A stretch of 64,000 nt of DNA from a virus. The number at the start of each line of letters is the position of its first letter. Position 1 is the stretch's first letter. Of this stretch, positions 27,134 through 35,731 are shown piece after piece. The stretch lies in IMG/VR virus record IMGVR_UViG_3300005253_000144, positions 1-64,000 of that record, one strand, 5' to 3'. The translations under genes and the position numbers were made by a program. A model generated the notes under the pieces. That model saw nothing but the letters and a program-made list of their open reading frames with translations, was not told the DNA's origin and ran no database searches.

Positions 27134-28348
27134 TTAGCCGATTGTCGGACATGTGGTTTGGATACGCCCGGTGAACTGAGTCGTATACGCACCATGAGCG
27201 CAACAGTGTTTGATAATCAAGGCAGTCTTTGCCCAGACCTCAAAGCTAATCGCGGTACAACCCGGCACCAAATCTTTAAGTGCCAGCGGGATTTGCGTCA
27301 GCTTGTACACAAGGGGCACTCCATTATGATTCATGCGGAGCGCATAAACAATGCTTTGGAATGCGCCAGTGCCCATATCGGCGGAGGGGAAGTTGTTGTC
27401 AGCGACCACTGCTAAACGGCCAACACCCGTATTGACAAATCCGGCAAAGTTGAAACCGGGAACAATACGGTCGCCAGTAGAGAAGTTGACGATTTGGCTA
27501 CCTTGATAACCGAGCTGGAAATAGGCCGACAGCACTTCTTGCATTGCTTGCGGAGACCCAAATATATGGGTCGGTTTTGCGCAAGTTTCCGCCAGGAAGC
27601 GGTCAAAAGAGATGGCCGAAAATGTTCCAGAGGCTGAGTTGTCGTTGGTATTTGCGCCGCACGCCACATCACCTAGGCGATTGACAATACCATCAAATTC
27701 CAAAGAATTGTTGTCAACATCACCGTTCACCAACAAATTGTCCCAGCCGTTAAGAACTAGGGTCATCGATAAACGTACTTCCTTTTCCTTAACATCGGCA
27801 ACATGTTCTTGTTCAAATGTGCCAACATCGGAGCCGCCAGGAACGCCTTCACCGGCAGGAATCGCACCAACAAGTTGGTTTATTCCGTGCCAATTCGCGC
27901 CCGCGACAGCACGCGAATGCATGATGTCTGAGATGGACAGAGTTTTCTTTGCGCCGATATTCTTCAATGGGACAGTAGTGTTCTCGCCATCATGCGTGTA
28001 CTCTTCCGGACATTCACCATCGGCAAATGAGATATAGGCCGAACCAGACGTAAAGGCCAGCGAGTTTAGCTCACGCCAAGTATAGGCTTGGAGCGCGGTA
28101 GTGTCTTCGGGAAGTGCCTGCCAGACAGTAATTTCCTCGCACATTGCAATGACTTCTGTCGGGTCAAGGGGCGTCGGGTATTGAGCAGCAAAATCTGCTG
28201 GTGATACATAGGGTTGGGGCAAGATTACCGGGTCAGTGGTGCGCTGCACCGCAATTTCGGACTCGAATTCCTGCCCATGGCTTCCACCCAAATCCAGGAC
28301 TCTTTCGCCAGCAATATCAGGTGTAGATAGCGGATTATTGATAGTCAT
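27134..28348 (-). CDS. Major capsid protein
   Basis: 404 aa after protease/scaffold; strong RBS GAGGA; 'LLVNGD...LEFDGI' typical of HK97-fold MCPs; terminator downstream. Confidence 0.85.
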   Translation of the reverse strand: MTINNPLSTPDIAGERVLDLGGSHGQEFESEIAVQRTTDPVILPQPYVSPADFAAQYPTPLDPTEVIAMCEEITVWQALPEDTTALQAYTWRELNSLAFTSGSAYISFADGECPEEYTHDGENTTVPLKNIGAKKTLSISDIMHSRAVAGANWHGINQLVGAIPAGEGVPGGSDVGTFEQEHVADVKEKEVRLSMTLVLNGWDNLLVNGDVDNNSLEFDGIVNRLGDVACGANTNDNSASGTFSAISFDRFLAETCAKPTHIFGSPQAMQEVLSAYFQLGYQGSQIVNFSTGDRIVPGFNFAGFVNTGVGRLAVVADNNFPSADMGTGAFQSIVYALRMNHNGVPLVYKLTQIPLALKDLVPGCTAISFEVWAKTALIIKHCCAHGAYTTQFTGRIQTTCPTIG

Positions 28349-28469
28349 GTTATTTTCCTCATTTATTGATTAATTTGACTTCTTATCCTTGCTTAACGCT
28401 TGCGTTAGATATTTACGCTGCCCACAAAGAGATTAATAAAGTGGTTGCTCCACAAACAAATTATAAAGA

Positions 28470-30419
28470 TTAGTAATATTGTTGTGGAGGAGCAATGCCA
28501 GTAGAGCGCCGAATAATATCCTTCACCGAGCCTTTTTTGTAGCCCGGAGCCATAGGTGAAAGCGACGTTTCCCCGCTATCCCTTTCAATCACCAAAGTTG
28601 GTTTTGGGGTTACTGCCCGGCGCGCAGGTGAAGTAGTGATGGGCGTAGCGGTTCGCGTTCCCAATTGCGCAAGTACGACATTTAGCTGATTAGTAATTGG
28701 TGCCATTGCCTCTGCGACCGCTCTTTGAATAGCCTCTGCAGGCATTTCATCGGCCGCGGGTTCGCCATTTACGGTTTTTTGTACCCTTGCGGCTAATTCA
28801 TTCAAAGGCTCTTGAAGCATTTTTAACCGCTCAATGTTGGTAAGTGGCGTTGCCATTGCATCATCAAACTGCTGCGCAAAGGCATCAAAGTGGCTACGAA
28901 GAATATGCGGAGTGTCTTCAGTCACTATTTCTTCGGTCGCTGTTTCATCCTTCTTGGTTTTTTCTTGCTTAGTTTCTTCCGTCATGACGTTTATTCCTCC
29001 GGTAAGTTTATTGCGTACATCCATCAGGGTTTCAAGAGTAAGAATATCTAATCCCTGGTTGTATTCATCGACAACAGATTTTATGGCCTTTGTTGCCACT
29101 TCGTCTGCGCCAACTATATTTGCCAATACGCTTGAAAATACTTCAGCATGGTGGGGAGGCTCTTTCAGCGGATTGGCTTCCAGGAACTGTTCTGCCTCGC
29201 CAATGGATTTAGCCCCTGCGTAAGATTGCAGGCTTGTTTGGACCTTCGCCAATTCCTTTTCGTCATCTTCCTCTTCTTCTTCATCGTCCTTATCTTTCTT
29301 CATATGCTTTTTCTGTTTTTCAACTAGCTCGGAAGAAGGTTTGGATTTCTGCTTTGAGGAAGTTTCATCGCCTTCACCACTGTCATCATCGGACTCGCTT
29401 TTAATAACAGTGACGGCTTGAAGTGATTCGTCATCGGCTTCACTACGCCCAATCATTGCCTTACTTTTGTCTTCTAATTCGCTGGCCAAATCCTTCCCAA
29501 TTATGGATTCGGCATCATCTAATCGTGTGCTCATAGCTCGCTCCGTTAGTGCCATCGATGTTTCTTTATATGCAGGCACTCTTGTGGCCGCCAAATGTAT
29601 TAATTGTCCTTGGCGATAGATTTTCTCGCCAACGCCATCCACGCACATTGGGCATTGGTCCGTTAATTTCTTGCGTTCAAATATTCCTTCTCCCTCATGC
29701 TCATGTCCATAATCCAGAAAAGCGATTGAAATACGTATGCGCTCATCCTGGGGAACGTTCTTTGCAATATCTTTTTCTATGGCCGCATGAACGGCATCTC
29801 CCAGAGGCGTATTTGCAAATTCACCCTTTCCCTTGAATATATTACCGTCTACCCAAATTTTCTCGCTTGTTCCGGCCACACCTTTTCCATCAAGGTCCTG
29901 ATAATGAGCAACGCTTAGATAGGGCAGCCCACCATTAAAATAACTCGTGGAAAATAATTCTGGCAGTTTTGTGCGGGCTTCAATTTTTTGAATGAAGTCC
30001 TGGAATAGTTCCACAGACATACGGTCTTTATATTCATCATAATTAATCCCGCTGGCAGTCGCAAACCAATATTTCTTGCCGGTCTGCTTATTTTCTGACA
30101 CGCGGTTTATGAACATTGTGCGCCGTACAGTTGTGCTTGGCAACGTAGCTAATCCTGCATTCATATGTCCAGAACTCCTGATGGGTTCATAAAGATTACA
30201 AATATCGGAGGGTTCAATTGCACCCTCCACAATTTGGCATAAGGCGCCTTCAAGAAATCGGCAGTTCCCACAGAGGTTGTCTCCGTAGCCACCATTTTTA
30301 ACAAATCCTGATTCTTCCTTAGAATATTTTCGGCCGCGTTCATCTACAATTGCCAACCTATCATCAATTCTGGGTTCGTCATCAATAAAATTATCATATT
30401 CTGTACCATGGTCGCTCAT
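28470..30419 (-). CDS. Prohead protease/scaffold fusion with N-terminal HiPIP-like Cys motif
   Basis: N-terminal CGNCRF-x5-CQIVEG-x7-CNLY; central protease-like region ('VAHY', 'RISIAF', 'HLAATRVPAY'); acidic coiled C-terminus; precedes MCP. Confidence 0.65.
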   Translation of the reverse strand: MSDHGTEYDNFIDDEPRIDDRLAIVDERGRKYSKEESGFVKNGGYGDNLCGNCRFLEGALCQIVEGAIEPSDICNLYEPIRSSGHMNAGLATLPSTTVRRTMFINRVSENKQTGKKYWFATASGINYDEYKDRMSVELFQDFIQKIEARTKLPELFSTSYFNGGLPYLSVAHYQDLDGKGVAGTSEKIWVDGNIFKGKGEFANTPLGDAVHAAIEKDIAKNVPQDERIRISIAFLDYGHEHEGEGIFERKKLTDQCPMCVDGVGEKIYRQGQLIHLAATRVPAYKETSMALTERAMSTRLDDAESIIGKDLASELEDKSKAMIGRSEADDESLQAVTVIKSESDDDSGEGDETSSKQKSKPSSELVEKQKKHMKKDKDDEEEEEDDEKELAKVQTSLQSYAGAKSIGEAEQFLEANPLKEPPHHAEVFSSVLANIVGADEVATKAIKSVVDEYNQGLDILTLETLMDVRNKLTGGINVMTEETKQEKTKKDETATEEIVTEDTPHILRSHFDAFAQQFDDAMATPLTNIERLKMLQEPLNELAARVQKTVNGEPAADEMPAEAIQRAVAEAMAPITNQLNVVLAQLGTRTATPITTSPARRAVTPKPTLVIERDSGETSLSPMAPGYKKGSVKDIIRRSTGIAPPQQYY

Positions 30420-30435
30420 TACTTCTACCCATTAG

Positions 30436-31845
30436 TCATGAAAGCCGCACTTCGCCACGGTCCAACATTGTGGCTGTGCTCTTTTCCACAAAGCGCCCCA
30501 TGACCTTGGGATAGAAGGATAATTCGTTTGTCTTGCGCACTAGAATCATGCGCATAAGGATTGGCAAACCATTGGTATCTTTGACAAACTTTCGGAATTC
30601 CATTTCGCCCGTATCCTTGCGCCCCGGCAAAACTATCCCGCGCCAACCATCTAACCGCATATCATCAGCTACCTGAAAATAGTTGCGGCGGATTGCTCTG
30701 CGCATCAGTTCACTGCGCAAAGTTTTTTGATTTTGTGGCATCTTTCGCCAAGTTACGGATTCAATATAATCAGGGCGTTCAATAATTGTGTCGCCAGAAT
30801 GCTTTGTCAATAACTGCGCATCCAAATCAGCATCACCAATACGTGCAGCGGTTCGTTCAACAAACCAATTTGGCAGATTTGACGCGGATAATCGGTCATT
30901 TGAAATCGCTGATTTCCAAATTTGAGGAATCAAGTCCATCAAACCTAATAGACCAGCGCGCTTAATAATATGATTGCGTGCCTGTTCTGGATTTTGAGCG
31001 CGGTCAATAGCTCTAATCGCATATTCAAGGTCTTTTTGATTCTCAATTGGGAAACTGCCGTCTGCCATGGCCTTTCCCGCTTTTATTAACAGTTCGCGGT
31101 TTTTTGTGGAAAAAACGCGGTAATTAATTAGGTCAGCATGGGTCTCGGTGGGCTTTTCGTTTTTATTACGCAGGATAGCACTTAATTCTTCAACAATGTT
31201 TGGGTCAATAGGTTGAAATTTACCAGCGTCATCCAAAGATTTTTGTGCCCAGACAGAATGGCCAAGGCTGGCATACCTATAGGCCAATTCAACAAGTTCT
31301 TTTGCCCGTTTATCGGTCACTAAATCTAGTGCTGTTTTTTTTCTAGGCTTCTGACCACCTGCAATAGCCCCGAAAAACTTTTTTTGCTTATCCGTTAGGG
31401 GCTTGCCGTCAATTTCCCCATCCTCCAGTATTTTTTTGGCCTTCGCGGAAGTGACCCCCCCGGCCTTTTCTACCCTTAAAACACCCCAAGCCACTTTAGC
31501 CGCGCATACATGCGGTGCATCTGCATCGCGGCATTCGCCGTCGATTGCCTGCAAATAGGCCGCATTCCAATTGTCCGCCTCTTTGCTACCTAAATTTTTG
31601 GGAGTGGGAATCTTATCTGCCCGGTCTTGGAAAGAAACCATGATGTCGTCTTCAATCCGGGTCCGCAAAACGAGCCAAGCGGTTTTAGTAGCATGGACGC
31701 GGCGCGCCGATAGGTCAGATTGTGTATTTTTCTCTTCATATGCATTTAGATATGCATCGGTGAAAATCTGTGCCTGCTGAGAACTTAAATTATCAGGAAG
31801 CGGAACAGCTATTTGCTCATCCATCATCCCCCATACTATATTCAA
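30436..31845 (-). CDS. Multidomain head-associated protein with tandem ChaB-like domains
   Basis: 'LPDNLSSQQAQIFTDAYLNAY...TAW' and a second copy 'WNAAYLQA...AKVAW'; also a 'DGSFPIEN..DL..AIRA' domain. Confidence 0.6.
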   Translation of the reverse strand: MNIVWGMMDEQIAVPLPDNLSSQQAQIFTDAYLNAYEEKNTQSDLSARRVHATKTAWLVLRTRIEDDIMVSFQDRADKIPTPKNLGSKEADNWNAAYLQAIDGECRDADAPHVCAAKVAWGVLRVEKAGGVTSAKAKKILEDGEIDGKPLTDKQKKFFGAIAGGQKPRKKTALDLVTDKRAKELVELAYRYASLGHSVWAQKSLDDAGKFQPIDPNIVEELSAILRNKNEKPTETHADLINYRVFSTKNRELLIKAGKAMADGSFPIENQKDLEYAIRAIDRAQNPEQARNHIIKRAGLLGLMDLIPQIWKSAISNDRLSASNLPNWFVERTAARIGDADLDAQLLTKHSGDTIIERPDYIESVTWRKMPQNQKTLRSELMRRAIRRNYFQVADDMRLDGWRGIVLPGRKDTGEMEFRKFVKDTNGLPILMRMILVRKTNELSFYPKVMGRFVEKSTATMLDRGEVRLS

Positions 31846-32021
31846 AGCGCTTTTTTGAAAACTACATTTTCACCATACGCAAAATGCTATGGTTGCTTTC
31901 TGTACTCTATTTAAGTATGCTGTCTTTCAAAACAAAATTCCCAACTAATACGGTATCGCGCTCCCCGCCGATGTCTATTTTCAATTCATGAAAATATTTG
32001 CGCGGGAGTACGCGCAGATTG

Positions 32022-32255
32022 CTATTCTGCTTTTCCCCGTTTACTTATAACAATGACTCTCTTTTCGTTGCCTTTTGGCTCAGGCGGTAATGGAGGTAGA
32101 GAATCTCCCCATGAAGCGTTTTTCTTTTGGGTATCTTCGTCATTGGCCCGCCGTTCTATGACAGCCAAACGTAACTGCTCAGTAAGCACTATTTGCCGTG
32201 CAGTATACCGTTTTCCCAATGAGCGTTTTTTATTATTATTCATCTTCTTCGCCAC
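32022..32255 (-). CDS. Hypothetical basic protein
   Basis: ORF overlapping the end of the upstream gene. Confidence 0.5.
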   Translation of the reverse strand: MAKKMNNNKKRSLGKRYTARQIVLTEQLRLAVIERRANDEDTQKKNASWGDSLPPLPPEPKGNEKRVIVISKRGKAE

Positions 32256-33018
32256 TCTCTTCTATATAACTATCATAGGAATTTTCGCCTTCTTTTTCCA
32301 TGATAGTTACTGTAGCATCAAAATCTTTGCGGCTATTACTCACTCCTGCGGTATTAAAACTTTCAGTTATCAAATCAGCGGCACTCAAATGTTTTTTTGC
32401 ATCCCCTCCCCACTGGGGCACGCTTACAGCGCGTAAAGCTTTCTGATTGCCGTCATTATACCACGTCCAGCCGCCAATACCACGCGCCACCATAAGGTTT
32501 TGTACAATATCTCGCTCTTTATCGCTTATAGAGCCGCCAAATGTCCACGTTACTACCGGGGAACATCCCGCCCCTTTACAGGCCTCATATATTAATACAC
32601 CATCCTGATTAAACTTTTTTGCTGTTTTGGCAATTAGGCTCAATGCATCCCCGTCGCCATCAAAGGAAATTACCCAAGTTGGTTCGCTACCGCCTTCCCA
32701 CCCGCCTTCACCAAGTTCTACGGACACTTGCGACACTCCGGCAATCTCTTTGAGCAATGCTTCAAACTCAAGCATATCTTCTAATACAGTTTCTTCTTCC
32801 TCGCGCCCAGGTCTGGCAGAGGTAAGGCCGACATGCTTTTCCCCTTTTCCTTTTCCACCGCCCTTGCCAGCGGGCAAACTCCCACCAACCTCGTCCGCTG
32901 CGTCTCGACCAGCATGACCAAAGTGGCCGCTTCCTGGACCGCCGCGCTTTATTACTCTTTTCAGGATTGATAAATTGCTATCGCGCTCCACAACTCTTCC
33001 CAAAATACTAAGCCGCAT
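32236..33018 (-). CDS. Head-region protein with GGPGSGHFGH motif
   Basis: 'KRGGPGSGHFGHAGR...VGGSLP'. Confidence 0.6.
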   Translation of the reverse strand: MRLSILGRVVERDSNLSILKRVIKRGGPGSGHFGHAGRDAADEVGGSLPAGKGGGKGKGEKHVGLTSARPGREEEETVLEDMLEFEALLKEIAGVSQVSVELGEGGWEGGSEPTWVISFDGDGDALSLIAKTAKKFNQDGVLIYEACKGAGCSPVVTWTFGGSISDKERDIVQNLMVARGIGGWTWYNDGNQKALRAVSVPQWGGDAKKHLSAADLITESFNTAGVSNSRKDFDATVTIMEKEGENSYDSYIEESGEEDE

Positions 33019-34021
33019 TATCTTTCCCCTCTCCCCGACTAATAATTTGATTCAAACTGTGCATCATCCTTTTGAGTAACTTCAAAGGCACGTCCTTAAG
33101 CGAAATGCTTTTCACGTCTTCAAAATCTTCACGGGCAAAATTAATCTTGCTTATGGGTATAGTGCCATGAAAGGTAAACTCAGGGATGTCCATCCCTTCC
33201 TCTACCTCGTTCCCTATGGTAATGTGAGGCGAATAATTTGATATTGATGAAAACTTGTTAACGACAACACCTGCTTGTGTGGCCGCACTTACAATCATGG
33301 CTTGCAGACTTAATAGTGCTTCTGATGGTTGTACCCGAAGCACCAATGGGCGCCCCTCAGCCTCAATGAATGTGCCCAGAAAATCCAATTCAATTGAAAA
33401 TTCTGAAGGGTAAATAATGTTTTCAACCATTTCTTTGATTTGGGAATCGCTAACATTCTCTACCCAAAGCAAGGTTAGGTGAAATTCATCAGATGCAACC
33501 GGAATATAGAAAGTATCAGCCAACAAATTGTTGACCAGCGCCTGAACATTCTTAACAACCTCATTATCTTTGAGCGGCAGGTAGATAAACAAATTGCTGA
33601 CTTCCCCGGTTTCTTCGATTTTATCACCCGCATTAAATGCCCGATTCTTTTTTAGGGACAATTCATGCAGCAGTGATAATAAATCTTCCTCTGGCAATTC
33701 CTGTCCACTGTTTTCCCAAACCAATTCTCCATCCTCGCCACTCTTTTCCCCTACCACGCCATCACTAAGATAGGCTCTAACAGGCTCATGCCCTTCCCCT
33801 TGCAGAAATTTTTCTACGTGTGAATAACAGAACCAGGCGCGCGCATTTCCATCAGCCCACTGTAAGTCTACAATCGGCGCGCTATCACACTGCATACACT
33901 TAGAGCGGGTCTGCTGCACGCGCGTCAGTGCCCCTTTAGACTTTGGCACTGACGCCCTTTTGTCCTTTGACATATTCCTTGCGGGCACTCTCTTTGGCAG
34001 TTCTTGCAATCCAGCCACCAA
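33008..34021 (-). CDS. 2H phosphoesterase (2'-5' RNA ligase/Acb1-like) with N-terminal Cys/His domain
   Basis: Two HxT motifs 'FHLTL' and 'PHITI'; N-terminal CMQC...CYSH; likely start at MSKDKR. Confidence 0.8.
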   Translation of the reverse strand: MVAGLQELPKRVPARNMSKDKRASVPKSKGALTRVQQTRSKCMQCDSAPIVDLQWADGNARAWFCYSHVEKFLQGEGHEPVRAYLSDGVVGEKSGEDGELVWENSGQELPEEDLLSLLHELSLKKNRAFNAGDKIEETGEVSNLFIYLPLKDNEVVKNVQALVNNLLADTFYIPVASDEFHLTLLWVENVSDSQIKEMVENIIYPSEFSIELDFLGTFIEAEGRPLVLRVQPSEALLSLQAMIVSAATQAGVVVNKFSSISNYSPHITIGNEVEEGMDIPEFTFHGTIPISKINFAREDFEDVKSISLKDVPLKLLKRMMHSLNQIISRGEGKDNAA

Positions 34022-34313
34022 ACCAAAATGACGTGGTGAATATTCCGGCAGATGTGAAGGCCAATATCCATGGCTTTAGAACGACTTCAATATCTGTAGG
34101 TGAATTAATTGCGGAACGTAGCCATTCCTGAAAAATCAAAAAGATGGCCATTATAGCTATCCAGGCCTTAACATCATAATGTTTAATTCGCGAAAAACTA
34201 AACCCAAGCGTGATGGCAGCCGCTATCATCAATCCGAACCGGAATGGAAATCCTGGCGTTAGCAGGAAGCTTGTTAATATGTTGTACATAATATCTATAA
34301 TGCTGTTATCCAT
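33936..34313 (-). CDS. Membrane protein (3 TM)
   Basis: Three hydrophobic segments. Confidence 0.6.
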   Translation of the reverse strand: MDNSIIDIMYNILTSFLLTPGFPFRFGLMIAAAITLGFSFSRIKHYDVKAWIAIMAIFLIFQEWLRSAINSPTDIEVVLKPWILAFTSAGIFTTSFWFGGWIARTAKESARKEYVKGQKGVSAKV

Positions 34314-34585
34314 TAGTCTTTACCTCCGCGATTATCGATATTGGCGGCACGCGCCAGAGCCAATTCTAATTCCTTTTCATATTCTTCCTGCGCGTCTAGT
34401 TTATTGACCACAATTCCCATCCCAACTTTCACTTCAATAGTCAAGATGTCGATTGTGATTCGCAATCCTTCAAGTGTTTTGTTTCCTTTAAATAACAAAA
34501 AGGATGCGACCGCAATGGGGAAGGTTAGTTCAGCCAAGCCTTTCAGCCAAGCATTGAAAGCATCGATGTCTATCGGCATGGGCAT
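34313..34585 (-). CDS. Small membrane protein, YvrJ/holin-like
   Basis: 'TFPIAVASFLLF' followed by coiled coil. Confidence 0.5.
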   Translation of the reverse strand: MPMPIDIDAFNAWLKGLAELTFPIAVASFLLFKGNKTLEGLRITIDILTIEVKVGMGIVVNKLDAQEEYEKELELALARAANIDNRGGKD

Positions 34586-34597
34586 AACTCCTACTAT

Positions 34598-34897
34598 CTA
34601 ATTCTCCAAATATGTTATTCCATACTTCGCGTTCCATCCCATGCGCGCAAGGTGTGTCGCAAAAGATGAGGCGATACCGGTAATTATTTCGCTTATGAAC
34701 GGTATATAGATGGGCGCAAGAAAGTTAATACCCATAATATAGGCAAGGAATGGGAATATCCATACGCCAACGCAAAAATCGCATTCTCCAAGTGCCGTTA
34801 AATAGCTATTAAGTTTCCATAACCATTTTGTTGCGCCGCTGGTCTGGAGTGTCCATACCAATAAACGACCAAAAACAAAATATACAACTAGGGTCAT
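34598..34897 (-). CDS. Membrane protein, DUF1360-like
   Basis: 'LGECDFCVGVW' CxxC within a TM protein. Confidence 0.55.
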   Translation of the reverse strand: MTLVVYFVFGRLLVWTLQTSGATKWLWKLNSYLTALGECDFCVGVWIFPFLAYIMGINFLAPIYIPFISEIITGIASSFATHLARMGWNAKYGITYLEN

Positions 34898-35673
34898 CGC
34901 ACCATAACCCAGAAACAGTTAATGCCAGCTTCGGAAAAGCCCAGCGTTTCAAAATGCGCCAATTCCCAACCTTGCTCCAAATAACTGGTAAGGAAGCTGT
35001 CCGCATGGAATCCGGAAAGACCGCCAACCTGAGTAATGACAATATAAATCTCGGTATGCAATGATTCCCGATTTTCAGGTTGTATAAAGACCAGCATGAT
35101 GTTATGCCCGCTTACCTCGGCCAACGTTTCTACGCCAATATGGGAGACGAACGCCATTTCATAGCCATTCGCAAAGTAGACTTCCTCAATATAAGCTTTG
35201 GCACTTAGTACAGTATCTATCTCAATATGGCTTTCAGCGACTTTCTGATTTACTTCATTTGTTGGAACGATTAAACGCTTCCAATGCACGGCGCGTGTCT
35301 TCAATTTGCTCTTGGCAGGTGCTGGCAGGGGTTCCTCTGTCCCCGATTTCTCTGACACTTCAGTGGCGGTATCTTCAACTGCAGGCGGTTTGTCTAAAGG
35401 TTCTGGCTCAACCTTTTCGCTCTCACCCGCCTCATCCTCTTGGGCCAACTGCTCGCGGATAACAAGTGCTGTCGTGATGCTGTCTGCAATATCATTCTTC
35501 CTGGTTGCGCCTTCCAGTCCTATATCCTCTTCCTTGGCATAGGCACGCAATTCATCAACGGTCGGACAATCTTCAAGCAGCGCATTCCTTACTTCTTGGA
35601 AGCGCGACGGCGGCGTTTCCTCTTCTTGCACCTCTGCGGTCTCTTGCTTGTCAACAACTAGCTGGTCAGTCAT
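34894..35673 (-). CDS. Protein with Rho-N/HeH-like nucleic-acid-binding motif
   Basis: 'TVDELRAYAKEEDIGLEGATRKNDIADSI'; RBS AAGGAG. Confidence 0.6.
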   Translation of the reverse strand: MTDQLVVDKQETAEVQEEETPPSRFQEVRNALLEDCPTVDELRAYAKEEDIGLEGATRKNDIADSITTALVIREQLAQEDEAGESEKVEPEPLDKPPAVEDTATEVSEKSGTEEPLPAPAKSKLKTRAVHWKRLIVPTNEVNQKVAESHIEIDTVLSAKAYIEEVYFANGYEMAFVSHIGVETLAEVSGHNIMLVFIQPENRESLHTEIYIVITQVGGLSGFHADSFLTSYLEQGWELAHFETLGFSEAGINCFWVMVR

Positions 35674-35731
35674 GTTACTTCTCCTTCACAATTCATGTCT
35701 GGGATAAATATCATAGCCTATCTGCTGGCTA

